Part shown: positions 1 to 9,934 of the stretch, one piece after another
Numbering within the stretch: position 1 is the stretch's first letter
How the letters are laid out: every line of letters begins with the position of its first letter
Source of the DNA: Cyanobacteriota bacterium
Lineage (GTDB): Bacteria > Cyanobacteriota > Cyanobacteriia > Cyanobacteriales > Nostocaceae
DNA length: 64,000 nt
Reading direction: 5' to 3'
NCBI GenBank assembly: GCA_046045965.1
Contig: JBJOKS010000007.1
Span: 32,001 to 96,000 of the forward strand
Translations under genes and position numbers: made by a program
The notes under the pieces: model-generated
Seen by the model: the letters and a program-made list of their open reading frames with translations, nothing else
What the model was told of the DNA's origin: nothing
Databases searched by the model: none

Positions 1-95
1 TGAGGAGTTCAGGAAATAGGTGACAGGTGACAGGTGAAAGTAATAAATTAATAATCCTGTTATCTGTGTTCATCTGCGTTTATCTGCGTTCATAA

Positions 96-1472
96 TTAGT
101 GTTGTAATTTTGTCTTATCAGTTAAATTTTGCAACCTTTCCGAAATTTCCACATTTACAGAAACTGGATTTTCTAATCTTCTTGTTTCCTCTGGTAAACT
201 CGTTACAGAAAACGCTGCTCTTGCTCTAATTGTTGTTAAACTTTCTGTTGGTTTGATCTGCTTACCTGCTTTCATTACTAACTCTAATAAAGGTTGTGCA
301 TCTGTTGAATTTTCATCTACTAAACCTAATCTATCGTTTTGTATTTTCCCAGAGTTATAAAACCTAAAAATCTGTTTTTTACCAGGATAAGTAAACTTAC
401 CACTAGATAATTTCATCACAGGAATACCATCAATATCGACTAATTTATAAACTCCATTCACAGGAGAACCTGTTACTAATTTTGTTCCTAAACCATAACC
501 ATCAATTTCTGCACCTTGTGTTTTTAGTCTTTGTATTTCCCATTCGTCTAAGTCACCACTAGCGAAAATTGAAACTTCTGGTAGGAGCGATCGCACTTGT
601 TTTGATAAACTAACTAAATCTCCAGAATCTAAACGTACTCCTGTTAATTCCATTTCCCCACTATTAACTTTTTTTGCCAACTGTTGAGCAGCCGCAACAG
701 TATCAAAAGTATCTATCAATAACGGCGCACCCGGAAAATATTCATGAAAGGCAGTAAAAGCCTGTTGTTCACTTCCTTCTAAAGCTGATAACGCCATCAC
801 TAAAGCGTGAGCCATTGTACCACTGGGTTTTTGGTCTAGCTGTAGTGCTGCTAACACATTGGAAGTGGCATCTAAACCACCCGCCAAAGCTGCCCTTGCA
901 GCCCATAAAGAGGCTTGGGGACTAAAAGCTCTTCTTGTGCCAAATTCTAAAAGTGTGGCTTTTTTCCCCGCAATATCACGTAATCTAGCCGCCCTGGTAG
1001 CGATTAAAGTTTGATAATTGAGAGTATTTAAAAGATAAGTTTCTACTAACTGTGCTTGCCATAAAGGCGCTTCAATTCTTAAGAATGGCTCATTAGCAAA
1101 TACCGCAGTTCCTTCGGGGACTGCCCACACATCCCCAGTAAAACCACCCTCTGTTAATAATGACCAAAAACGCTCTGGTGCATGAGTAAAAATTCCCGTT
1201 CCTTGTAAAGCGGCAATTTGGGACGAATTGAACCGAAATTTAGCCAAATATTCCAAAGCTTGCGCCAAACCCATCGCTATTAAATAGCCAAAACCTTCAG
1301 GTAAACGCCTGACAAATAACTCAAAGCTGGCTTGTTTTTGTTCTATTCCTTCACCTGTATAACAAGCTGCCATTGTTAGCTGGTAAAGGTCTGTCAGCAA
1401 GCTATAATCTTCAGGACTCAGATTCAAGCCTGGGTTTTGGTAGCCATAGCCCACATCTATCAAAGTGGTCAT
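96..1472 (-). CDS. pncB: Nicotinate phosphoribosyltransferase
   Basis: Motifs LLTDLYQLTM, EFGTRRA, GTMAHA, LIDTFD, GVRLDSGD. Start moved from 1490 (TTG) to the ATG at 1472. Confidence 0.93.
   Translation of the reverse strand: MTTLIDVGYGYQNPGLNLSPEDYSLLTDLYQLTMAACYTGEGIEQKQASFELFVRRLPEGFGYLIAMGLAQALEYLAKFRFNSSQIAALQGTGIFTHAPERFWSLLTEGGFTGDVWAVPEGTAVFANEPFLRIEAPLWQAQLVETYLLNTLNYQTLIATRAARLRDIAGKKATLLEFGTRRAFSPQASLWAARAALAGGLDATSNVLAALQLDQKPSGTMAHALVMALSALEGSEQQAFTAFHEYFPGAPLLIDTFDTVAAAQQLAKKVNSGEMELTGVRLDSGDLVSLSKQVRSLLPEVSIFASGDLDEWEIQRLKTQGAEIDGYGLGTKLVTGSPVNGVYKLVDIDGIPVMKLSSGKFTYPGKKQIFRFYNSGKIQNDRLGLVDENSTDAQPLLELVMKAGKQIKPTESLTTIRARAAFSVTSLPEETRRLENPVSVNVEISERLQNLTDKTKLQH
587..594. repeat. 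HIP1 octamer GCGATCGC (example; many copies across the window)
   Basis: Recurs throughout coding regions; a cyanobacterial hallmark. Confidence 0.9.
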
Positions 1473-1846
1473 ATAACTGTTTCCTAGCAAAATTGCTTAT
1501 CTCTTTATGGTAGCTTTTACCATAAATAATGTCAAGTCTTTGCATGATTATGTCTGCAAGCCTTGCAAATCAAGGTAGTTTAATCTGTAAACACCTATTA
1601 TTTCATATTCTTTAATAGTAAAACAGAATAATTACCCCTAAAAAATCCCCTATTACTCCAAGATTAGTTACAATTAGAATCAAAGGCAAAAGTTTGAATG
1701 ATCAATTAAATAAAGTATTGCAAAGATATCTGAAAAATAATTGCAAAAACTGTCAATATATTACGAAGATGAGCAACTCATAAATATCAGCATTAAAGTA
1801 TAGATATCTTAGATAAATAAACGGCATAAAAAAGGAGTCTCAGGTT

Positions 1847-1999
1847 ATGGCTATCTCCAAAATGCTTGCTAGTATGACCCAATTTATTTCTGAAGCCTTC
1901 ATGCGAATTTTTAGCCCTACAGATGATGCTTATCCTGTGACTGGTTTTCAACCTTTTACGGGCATTCCTTATAAGAGACGTAACGCTGCATCTTGGTAG
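1847..1999 (+). CDS. Small 50-aa protein, not in the ORF track (MAISKMLASMTQFISEAFMRIFSPTDDAYPVTGFQPFTGIPYKRRNAASW)
   Basis: Translated by hand. AAGGAG RBS at about 1832-1837, ATG at 1847, TAG at 1997-1999. The ISEAxxRIFSPxDDxYPxxGxQPFTG motif resembles a small cyanobacterial protein family (recalled, not searched). Confidence 0.75.
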   Translation: MAISKMLASMTQFISEAFMRIFSPTDDAYPVTGFQPFTGIPYKRRNAASW

Positions 2000-2099
2000 A
2001 TTTTTCTCAGGAATCAGGAATCAGAAGTCAGAAGTCAGAAGTTCTTTAATTTTGACTTTTGACTTTTGACTTTTGACTTGATAAGTTCCCTGTTCCCTG

Positions 2100-3527
2100 C
2101 TACCTAGCAATATTTTCAAACATTGCCTTTTGTAGTAACCAATCTTTACCAACCTGGATACTAATATCAGAGCCGATATTACCAGTGCTTTCCACCCGCA
2201 CTTCTCCAAAACCTAAAGTGTTACGAATTGATTCAGCACTGTCGCTGTCACCTTGTTGAGCGACAATGTGAGTAGTTTCTAAAGGTTCACCCCAAGGTCG
2301 AGAGATAAATATATTACGATATCCTGCTTGTTCTAAGGCGGAAATTAAGGGACGAATTTCCGAGCGATCGCCTCCTGTGCTATCTTGAATTGCTACACGC
2401 AACCTAGCCGGGTCAATTATTTCCGGGTCAAATGATGCTGATTCTAAACCAAAGTTTTGAACCATTAATTTAGTAATGGCACGTTTATATGGTATCCAAT
2501 AACTAGCATCATACTCATTTTTCTCACTAAAACGACCAGGAAGCATTAACATCTGCATATTAGAGCGATTAGTCCGCGCCCCAAAACCGACTAATGCCAC
2601 AAGTTCCTCAACAGTCAAGTTGGTATCAATATTATCTTTAACAGTATCAAGAATTTCTGGTAATCGTGTTAATGTTGATGGATTGAGACTCTGTTCAATC
2701 AAGGCACGTAATACCATTTGCTGGCGCTGAATCCGTCCAATATCACCGAGTTCATCATGGCGAAAGCGGAGTAATTGTAGTGCTTGCTCGCCTCCCAGAT
2801 GCTGTTTACCTGCCTTTAAATTAATATATAAATGTTGGGAATCATCCTGATATTTCATATCTTTGGGAACATAGACAGTTACTCCACCCAAGGCATCAAT
2901 TAGCTTGGCAACTCCCAAGACATTAATACGAACATAACGATCAATTCCCACCCCACCCAAAAGATTGCTGACGGTTTTAGCAGTTAAAGCCGGACCTCCA
3001 TCGACATTGGTGGCGTTAATTTTTTTGATTCCATACCCTTCAACTTCTGTACGAGTATCTCTAGGAATGGAAAGCATGACTATTTTTTTTGTCTCTGGAT
3101 CAAATTTGATCAAGAGCATAACATCAGCAAGACCGTCAAAAGAATTGACCTGAGGTAGATACCTGAGTTCTTTGGTATCACTAGGTGGGTTCTGCACATC
3201 TGAAGACAGTACACTCATCCCCATAACCAAGATATTAACAGGGCGAGTTAATCGAGAAAATTGGAACCCATTGCCAGAAATGCGATCGCCATCAAAAACT
3301 GCTGCCTCCTTTGCACTTAACTCGGCTTGCTGCAAAGGCTTACTGTCCCAAGAAACAGCCAACAAAGCCCCTGCCATACCTGACACTATTGCAATCCCGC
3401 CCATACCCACAGCAAACCATAGCCAGCGCCCAGATTTTGACTGGCGAGAATTTTTGGCTTTGGCTTTGGCTTTGGCTTTGGCTTTAGCTGATTTATTATC
3501 TTCTGCTGATGTTCTTTGACTAGTCAC
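2100..3527 (-). CDS. LCP (LytR-CpsA-Psr) family protein with LytR C-terminal domain, ConR-like
   Basis: N-terminal TM helix; motifs LSIPRDT, KINA, LRFRHDELGDIGRIQRQQ; C-terminal SDISIQVGKDW. Likely GTG start at 3527 with GAGGG upstream. Confidence 0.9.
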   Translation of the reverse strand: MTSQRTSAEDNKSAKAKAKAKAKAKNSRQSKSGRWLWFAVGMGGIAIVSGMAGALLAVSWDSKPLQQAELSAKEAAVFDGDRISGNGFQFSRLTRPVNILVMGMSVLSSDVQNPPSDTKELRYLPQVNSFDGLADVMLLIKFDPETKKIVMLSIPRDTRTEVEGYGIKKINATNVDGGPALTAKTVSNLLGGVGIDRYVRINVLGVAKLIDALGGVTVYVPKDMKYQDDSQHLYINLKAGKQHLGGEQALQLLRFRHDELGDIGRIQRQQMVLRALIEQSLNPSTLTRLPEILDTVKDNIDTNLTVEELVALVGFGARTNRSNMQMLMLPGRFSEKNEYDASYWIPYKRAITKLMVQNFGLESASFDPEIIDPARLRVAIQDSTGGDRSEIRPLISALEQAGYRNIFISRPWGEPLETTHIVAQQGDSDSAESIRNTLGFGEVRVESTGNIGSDISIQVGKDWLLQKAMFENIAR

Positions 3528-3795
3528 AGATTCCCTCACACTGACTGATAAAATACCGTAAACTTGCAGACTCAATATATCTAGACAAATCAGACTATGA
3601 TAGATAAATATTAATAGTTCCTACCTAGTTACCTATCGTAGATACTACAGGACCCTTACCGCATTTCTCTTAATTTGTTGCTGATCCGGAGAAGTTGATG
3701 GAAGTATGGCAATAATAAACCAGTTGACCATATTCTTGGGCAGATTACCTGTAAATTTCTGCATTAATCCTAAAAATCTTCAAAACAGCACTATT

Positions 3796-4200
3796 TTAGT
3801 ATTTACGCAATATTCGCTCGGCAAAACTACTGAATCCTGGCAAACGGTAAGACCTACCTTGGATGACACGGAAAATTAACCAAACACTCACCAAAAAGTA
3901 ACCAGAAGTGAGAAAACTATTAAGAATTAACAAACGTAATGTAAAAAAATCTGAAGTAGCTGCCCCAGTTGCTAACAACAAGTAACCTAACATCCATGTA
4001 AAACCCAAGGTAATGGACAGACGACTGGCGGCAAGTTGTTCCCGACTACCCTGACGGCGATAGAGAGTCCAAAGAGAAGGAAAAAAGCCAATTACCGGAA
4101 TTAAGTATAAAAGCAGCAATCGTTTAGAGGTTGCAGTGTCTTCAGGATGGGAGTAATGATCAATTGGTGGTAGATTTTCCATTCTGGTTGGTCTGATCAT
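3796..4200 (-). CDS. Conserved hypothetical membrane protein
   Basis: 134 aa with three hydrophobic segments (YLIPVIGFFPSLWTLY and others). Confidence 0.7.
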   Translation of the reverse strand: MIRPTRMENLPPIDHYSHPEDTATSKRLLLLYLIPVIGFFPSLWTLYRRQGSREQLAASRLSITLGFTWMLGYLLLATGAATSDFFTLRLLILNSFLTSGYFLVSVWLIFRVIQGRSYRLPGFSSFAERILRKY

Positions 4201-4300
4201 AAACTAGAGGAAGGAATGAGATTCATATAGTTAGAGATAATAGTCTGTAAACAAGAATTTAGCTTAAGTTCTATTTAGTTCTATCCGCAATCAGCTGAAA

Positions 4301-5467
4301 ATGCAGACACGTAAGCTACTCGACTGGTGGCAAAAATTTACACCAGTAGCGCGTATCGGGGCGATCGCGCTACTCGCTCCCCTATTAGTTCTCAATGGTT
4401 GGGCGCTCTCGGCAATTTTCAATTATTTCCACTCTTTGATCGTAATTTTAGTCGGAGCCTCAGTGCTGGCATTTCTGCTCAACTACCCGGTGAGTTGGAT
4501 GGAACGCCAGGGTGCTAGACGAGAACAAGTTGCTATCTTAGTATTTTTATTAGCTTTATCGATTTTACTGGCGCTGGGTGTCACCCTCTTTCCTCTAGCC
4601 CTGACCCAAGCCCAGCAGTTAGTAGCCCGTTTACCAGAATTAATTGATTCTGGGCGATCGCAGTTAATGATTTTAAACGAAAAAGCCGAGATGATGGGCT
4701 TACCCATTAATCTGGATGCGATCGCAGTGCAGATTAATGATCGCGTCAAGAGTCAACTACAAGCTATAGCAGGACAAGTCTTAAATCTAGCTGTTGTCAC
4801 CTTTACCAGTCTGCTAGACTTTCTGCTGACGATGGTTTTAACCTTCTATCTATTGCAACATGGCGGTGAACTCTGGGAAAGCTTAGTAGAATGGCTCCCG
4901 ACTAAATTTCGTGACCCCTTTTCCAGAACAGTACGCCTGAGTTTTCAAAACTTCTTTATCACCCAGTTGATTTTATCTACCTGTATGGCCTCAGCCCTCA
5001 TTCCCACATTTTTGTGGTTAAAAGTGCCATTTGGGTTATTGTTTGGCTTAACTATCGGCATTATGGCGCTCATCCCCTTTGGCGGTTCTGTGGGTATCGC
5101 CATGACAACTTTTTTGGTTTCCCTACAAGATGTTTGGATGGGTGCTAGAGTCTTAGCCGCAGCAGTCATTGTGCAGCAAATTCTCGAAAATATCATTGCA
5201 CCCCGCATTTTAGGGAGTTTTACAGGTTTAAATCCCGTTTGGATACTAATTTCCGTCTTGACTGGGGCAAGAATTGGCGGACTTTTGGGCGTAATTGTCG
5301 CGGTTCCTTGTGCTGTTGTCATTAAGACAGTTATTAGCGCCATCCGTCCCCCGATCATCAGTGATCATACAGAAAATTCCTCATCTGGGGAAATAGCTGC
5401 ACCCATGACACCAGATGAATCTCCTGCATCGGAAATCAAAAACTCCCTCAGTGTTTCTCAGCCATAG
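4301..5467 (+). CDS. AI-2E family transporter
   Basis: Multiple TM helices; LAFLLNYPV, ENIIAPRILG, GGLLGVIVAVP. Confidence 0.88.
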   Translation: MQTRKLLDWWQKFTPVARIGAIALLAPLLVLNGWALSAIFNYFHSLIVILVGASVLAFLLNYPVSWMERQGARREQVAILVFLLALSILLALGVTLFPLALTQAQQLVARLPELIDSGRSQLMILNEKAEMMGLPINLDAIAVQINDRVKSQLQAIAGQVLNLAVVTFTSLLDFLLTMVLTFYLLQHGGELWESLVEWLPTKFRDPFSRTVRLSFQNFFITQLILSTCMASALIPTFLWLKVPFGLLFGLTIGIMALIPFGGSVGIAMTTFLVSLQDVWMGARVLAAAVIVQQILENIIAPRILGSFTGLNPVWILISVLTGARIGGLLGVIVAVPCAVVIKTVISAIRPPIISDHTENSSSGEIAAPMTPDESPASEIKNSLSVSQP

Positions 5468-5538
5468 CAACAGCAGGGAACAGGGAACAGGGAACAGGGA
5501 ACAGTTTTAGGGAGCATCTTCTGAGATATGCCTTACGC

Positions 5539-5928
5539 TTAATCATCCTCATACTCAGCCCAAGAATTGGGAGTTTCTGATACTGCCACCTTGAGTTTTA
5601 CATCCGCTGGTAATCGCTTTTTAGTTTCATCATAAATATATTTAGCGATCATCTCAGCAGTTGTTTCATATTCAGGTGGCAAAACTTCATTAAGTAGACA
5701 GTGATCTAGTCCTCCTTGGGTGACATCTTTTTTAGCCCAACGTAAACTTCTAAAATCAGCAACCATCACAGGATGGGGACAGTATTCTGAAGAATGCAAC
5801 TGTGATGATTTTGCTTCGATTTTTACCTTATAAGTGTGACCGTGCATTCTCCCACAAGGTCCGTTATAGTCTTTTATGTAGTGGGCGCTATCAAATGTGA
5901 ATTCTGTTAATAATTTCCATCTGGGCAT
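5539..5928 (-). CDS. queD: 6-carboxytetrahydropterin / 6-pyruvoyl-tetrahydropterin synthase
   Basis: FDSAH, CGRMHGHTY, LDH, TTAEMIA, ETPNSWAEY. Start at ATG 5928 (MPRWK). Confidence 0.88.
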   Translation of the reverse strand: MPRWKLLTEFTFDSAHYIKDYNGPCGRMHGHTYKVKIEAKSSQLHSSEYCPHPVMVADFRSLRWAKKDVTQGGLDHCLLNEVLPPEYETTAEMIAKYIYDETKKRLPADVKLKVAVSETPNSWAEYEDD

Positions 5929-6157
5929 CTTGATTTCACTTCCTAGTTTATATTCCTGATGCAAACAAATATTCTGACTCCTGACTCCTGAATTCTTAGC
6001 TTTCCTCTAAGACATCTTGAGCATATTTTTGGTAGCTTGCACCTAAAAACATACCACTGCTGGAAAAAGGACTTTTACCACAATCCTATTTTAACCTACA
6101 TTCCGCTGGTGCTTTTAGATGGTTTCTGAGGACGGTCTACTACTTCCTCTAAGATAC

Positions 6158-6277
6158 AAGGAAGGTTGGCGTTAAAAATTGTCGTTATGACAGGCAAGAG
6201 ACAAAAGGCAAAAGGGAAGAGGGTTTTGGCGATTTTACTTTTTGTTATATACTTAGGTTTTTTCCGCCGACTTACTT
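6158..6277. mobile_element. Putative MITE (about 120 bp)
   Basis: Imperfect terminal inverted repeats AAGGAAGGTTGGCG ... CGCCGACTTACTT; internal AAAAGGC-type heptamers; non-coding. Confidence 0.45.
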
Positions 6278-6677
6278 AGTGTAAAATTCGTGACTTAAAT
6301 GCCAGAGTTCTTGACCAAAAATAAATAAATTTGCCAAAATTAGATTATATTTTTATTTACAATCTAGTCATTTTTACAGTCCCGTCGGGGATATTGAGTA
6401 TTGTAAAACTTCGCCAATTAGAAGTGGAAGCAGACTTGTCTAGATTTTATATAGCAGTGAAAACGATATATTAGAAAATATTAGGAATTTACACAAAAGA
6501 CCAAACTTAACCAAAAACCACCTGTTACAGAAACACAATTTCCCAGAAAACACGGAAGTAAATTTTTATACCAATTTACCAAAAGTTTATGGTTGACCTT
6601 TTCCACCTTTTAGAAATCACAGAATCTAAATATCAGGAGCCATAGGAGCCATATTGTTGCAGTAAAGAATAACAGAT

Positions 6678-9365
6678 ATGAGAATTTCAGAAAAAGGTAT
6701 GGCAGCAAATGAGCGGGACAAAATACGTCACCTATTGGTTGTCCAAGATCCAGAAGGACAAAGAACTATTCCCTTACTAGAAGCTACTTACTCTCTGGGA
6801 AGGGATACCAGAAACGCTATTGTTCTGCGTGCTAAGTCTGTATCCAGACAACACGCAATTTTGTTGCGTGTAACTATTCCTAACACTGAAAAATATGGCT
6901 TTCGCATTGTTGATGGTAACTTTCAGGGGAAAAGAAGTACCAACGGCTTATTTATTAATGGTAATAAATGTTTTTCTCATAACCTCCAGCATGGGGACAT
7001 AATTGCTTTTGGCAATCCCCAAGCTCAAGCTAAATACTATGCTATTTCCAACTTGTCAGAGGAAGCATTCGGAGAATCTTGTACAGCAGCGGACTTGTCT
7101 ACTTTTCTGTCCGAACAAGGAAATCCCGCTAATCCTTTTGATACTCTAATTATTGCTGATACCAACATTGAAGGAGCCAGTGACTCTCTTTTAACTCGTC
7201 TGGCTTCCTTTCCAGAACTTATACCCAATCCAATTATAGAAATGGATTTAGAGGGAAATGTTACTTATTTTAATCCAGCAGCAGCGCAGAAATTTCCCAG
7301 ACTGAGGGAAATGGGTAAGGAACACCCAATTTTGGCACAACTGCTCAATGCAGTTGAAAATCAACAGGGTAATTCTTTTGTGCGAGAGGTAGAAGTGAGC
7401 GGAGAGATGTTTGAACAATCCGTTCATTATTTACCAGAAAGTGATTTAATTAGAACGTTTATTGTTAGAGAAATTACTGAACAGAAGCAAGCTGAGGCAG
7501 AACTGAGGCAGCGCGATCGCTTGCTTGGGGCAGTTGCAGAAGCTGCCAATTATTTACTGGCAGAAATGGACTATGACATAGCAATAGAAAAAGCACTTGC
7601 TACCTTCGGGGCAGCGGCCAACGGCGATCGCGTCTACCTGTTCCAGAACCATCCCCATGAGATGACAGGGGAAATGGCAATGAGTCTACGGTTTGAATGG
7701 ACTAAATCTGGGATCAACTCATGCCAACACCACTGGCAAAATCAGACTTATAAAACTTCAGGGCTGGAACGTTGGTACAATATTCTCTCTACAGGCGTTC
7801 CTATTAGCGGACTCACCCAAGAATTTCCCACTAGAGAACAAGAACTTCTCAATCACGACTGCATTAAATCTATTCTACTTGTACCATTGCGCTTAGAAGA
7901 AGACTTTTGGGGCTACCTTGGTTTAGCAGATTGTACATTAGAGCGTCATTGGTCAACCCACGAAAAATCTAGCCTGTTAACAATTTCCGCTATTATCAGT
8001 GGCGCTCGTCAGCGTCACCAAGTAGAAGAAAGAATTCGCTATCAAGCTCTCCATGACTTACTAACTGGCTTGCCCAATCGTTTGCACTTTAATGGGCTAT
8101 TAGACAAAGCATTAGAAAAAGCAGTTGAGCAGCAAAGCGGTTTATCTGTAATGTTCTTGGATCTTGATCGTTTCAAAATGATCAATGATACTCTCGGACA
8201 TACACTAGGAGACGAATTATTACAAAGCGTAGCTCAAAGACTGAGAGATTCCTTGAGAATAGGAGATACCATTGCCCGTTGGGGAGGTGATGAATTTACC
8301 ATCCTGCTGCCGCAAATTACCAGTAATGAAGAAGCCGCCCAAGTAGCACCTAGAATTTTACAAGTCTTAGAACATCCCTTTCATCTTCACGGACATGAAC
8401 TTTATGTCAGTGCCAGCCTGGGTATTGCCCTATTCAATAAAGATAGTCCTAATGCGGAAACCCTGATCCAGCACGCGGATGCTGCTTTATATTACGCCAA
8501 AGATAAGGGTAGGAATAACTACCAGTTTTATACAATGTCTCTGAGTGCAAAAACGCCTGAACTCTTGAATTTAGAGAAGAGTCTACGCTATGCCCTAGAA
8601 CGGAAAGAGTTTCTCCTGTATTACCAGCCACGGGTTAATATTATCACAAGAGAAATTACAGGTATGGAAGCTCTGTTGCGCTGGCATCACCCGGAAATGG
8701 GAATAGTTGCCCCTAATGTCTTCATTCCTCTAGCTGAAGCCAGTGGGTTAATTATCCCTATAGGCGAATGGGTATTACGGGAAGCTTGTAATCAAAATAG
8801 AGCTTGGCAAGAAGCAGGCTTTCCTGCTATCACTATGGCGGTGAATCTTTCTCCCAAGCAGTTTCGTCAACCTAAGCTCATAGAAACAGTAGTTAAGATT
8901 TTAGAAGCTACAGGATTGGAGTCACAATATTTAGAGTTAGAAATTACAGAAACAACAGCTATTGAGGATCTGGACTTTACCAGAACTGTACTGAAAAAGT
9001 TGGAGCAAATGGGCTTACTCCTCTCCATTGATGACTTTGGTACAGGCTATTCTTCTCTTTCCCGTCTTCAGGTGTTACCATTCCACAATCTGAAAATTGA
9101 CCGGTCTTTTATCCAAGAATTGGCGATTGATGATAAAGTAGCTCATATCATCAAGGCTATAGTTGACTTAGGACGCAGTTTGGGGTTAAGACTGATTGCT
9201 GAAGGGGTAGAAAAGTCTGAACAACTAGATTTCTTGAGGTCAATTAATTGCGATGATGTGCAAGGATATCTGTTCTATAAACCTCTTTCTGCCCAACAAG
9301 CTACAGAACTAATTAAAGAAGGAGTCAGTAGTTCCAGGAGTCAGGAGTCAGGAGTTCAGGAATAG
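6678..9365 (+). CDS. FHA-PAS-GAF-GGDEF-EAL c-di-GMP metabolising protein
   Basis: FHA (GR...SVSRQHA...STNG), [36 protein letters not shown]. Confidence 0.93.
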   Translation: MRISEKGMAANERDKIRHLLVVQDPEGQRTIPLLEATYSLGRDTRNAIVLRAKSVSRQHAILLRVTIPNTEKYGFRIVDGNFQGKRSTNGLFINGNKCFSHNLQHGDIIAFGNPQAQAKYYAISNLSEEAFGESCTAADLSTFLSEQGNPANPFDTLIIADTNIEGASDSLLTRLASFPELIPNPIIEMDLEGNVTYFNPAAAQKFPRLREMGKEHPILAQLLNAVENQQGNSFVREVEVSGEMFEQSVHYLPESDLIRTFIVREITEQKQAEAELRQRDRLLGAVAEAANYLLAEMDYDIAIEKALATFGAAANGDRVYLFQNHPHEMTGEMAMSLRFEWTKSGINSCQHHWQNQTYKTSGLERWYNILSTGVPISGLTQEFPTREQELLNHDCIKSILLVPLRLEEDFWGYLGLADCTLERHWSTHEKSSLLTISAIISGARQRHQVEERIRYQALHDLLTGLPNRLHFNGLLDKALEKAVEQQSGLSVMFLDLDRFKMINDTLGHTLGDELLQSVAQRLRDSLRIGDTIARWGGDEFTILLPQITSNEEAAQVAPRILQVLEHPFHLHGHELYVSASLGIALFNKDSPNAETLIQHADAALYYAKDKGRNNYQFYTMSLSAKTPELLNLEKSLRYALERKEFLLYYQPRVNIITREITGMEALLRWHHPEMGIVAPNVFIPLAEASGLIIPIGEWVLREACNQNRAWQEAGFPAITMAVNLSPKQFRQPKLIETVVKILEATGLESQYLELEITETTAIEDLDFTRTVLKKLEQMGLLLSIDDFGTGYSSLSRLQVLPFHNLKIDRSFIQELAIDDKVAHIIKAIVDLGRSLGLRLIAEGVEKSEQLDFLRSINCDDVQGYLFYKPLSAQQATELIKEGVSSSRSQESGVQE

Positions 9366-9426
9366 GCTATCAACTCTCAACTCTCAACTATCCATAAGCA
9401 ACAGATTTTAACTTTTGGAAATTCTT

Positions 9427-9600
9427 ATGAACCGTTCAAAAATAGTCGCTATTATTACAGGTGCAATTTCTATACTTTTAGCTATAGCTTATCTAATTGT
9501 TGTCCAAATCCTTGACTATCGGGATATGAAACCCGCCCCTATTAGCCAAATAAACTCATCAGCACTAGTTATAGCAGAATTCCGTAGTCAGGAATTATAG
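9427..9600 (+). CDS. Small single-TM conserved hypothetical protein
   Basis: MNRSKIVAIITGAISILLAIAYLIVVQILDYRDMKPAP; one TM helix; ATG at 9427. Confidence 0.7.
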   Translation: MNRSKIVAIITGAISILLAIAYLIVVQILDYRDMKPAPISQINSSALVIAEFRSQEL

Positions 9601-9700
9601 GAGTCAGAAGTCAGCAGTCAGAAATCTGGAGTTATTTGACGTTGACTTTTGACTTGATTTGTCCCCTATTCCCGATTCACTGCTTGAATCATTGACTTAA

Positions 9701-9720
9701 ATCAATAGTTATTATTTGAT
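9701..9720. promoter_or_regulatory. Candidate NdhR/CcmR (LysR-type) operator upstream of ndhF3
   Basis: ATCAA-N10-TTGAT inverted repeat containing ATAG-N8-TGAT, close to the ATAG-N8-CTAT consensus. ndhF3 operons are known NdhR targets. Confidence 0.4.
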
Positions 9721-9934
9721 AAACCAATCCATAGAAGTATAAGAATAAATTAGATAAAATATCGTGGATTTATCTAGTTAACTAATTCCCATTTGCTCAA
9801 TATAACGGTAAGCTATATCTAACAATATTAAGCAAAGATAAATTTGCGCTATTTTTCTTAGCTTAATATTATCAGGGATCAACGCTTGTTGATGCTCAAA
9901 CAATAATATTTTATGCAAATATAGAGGTAACTTC

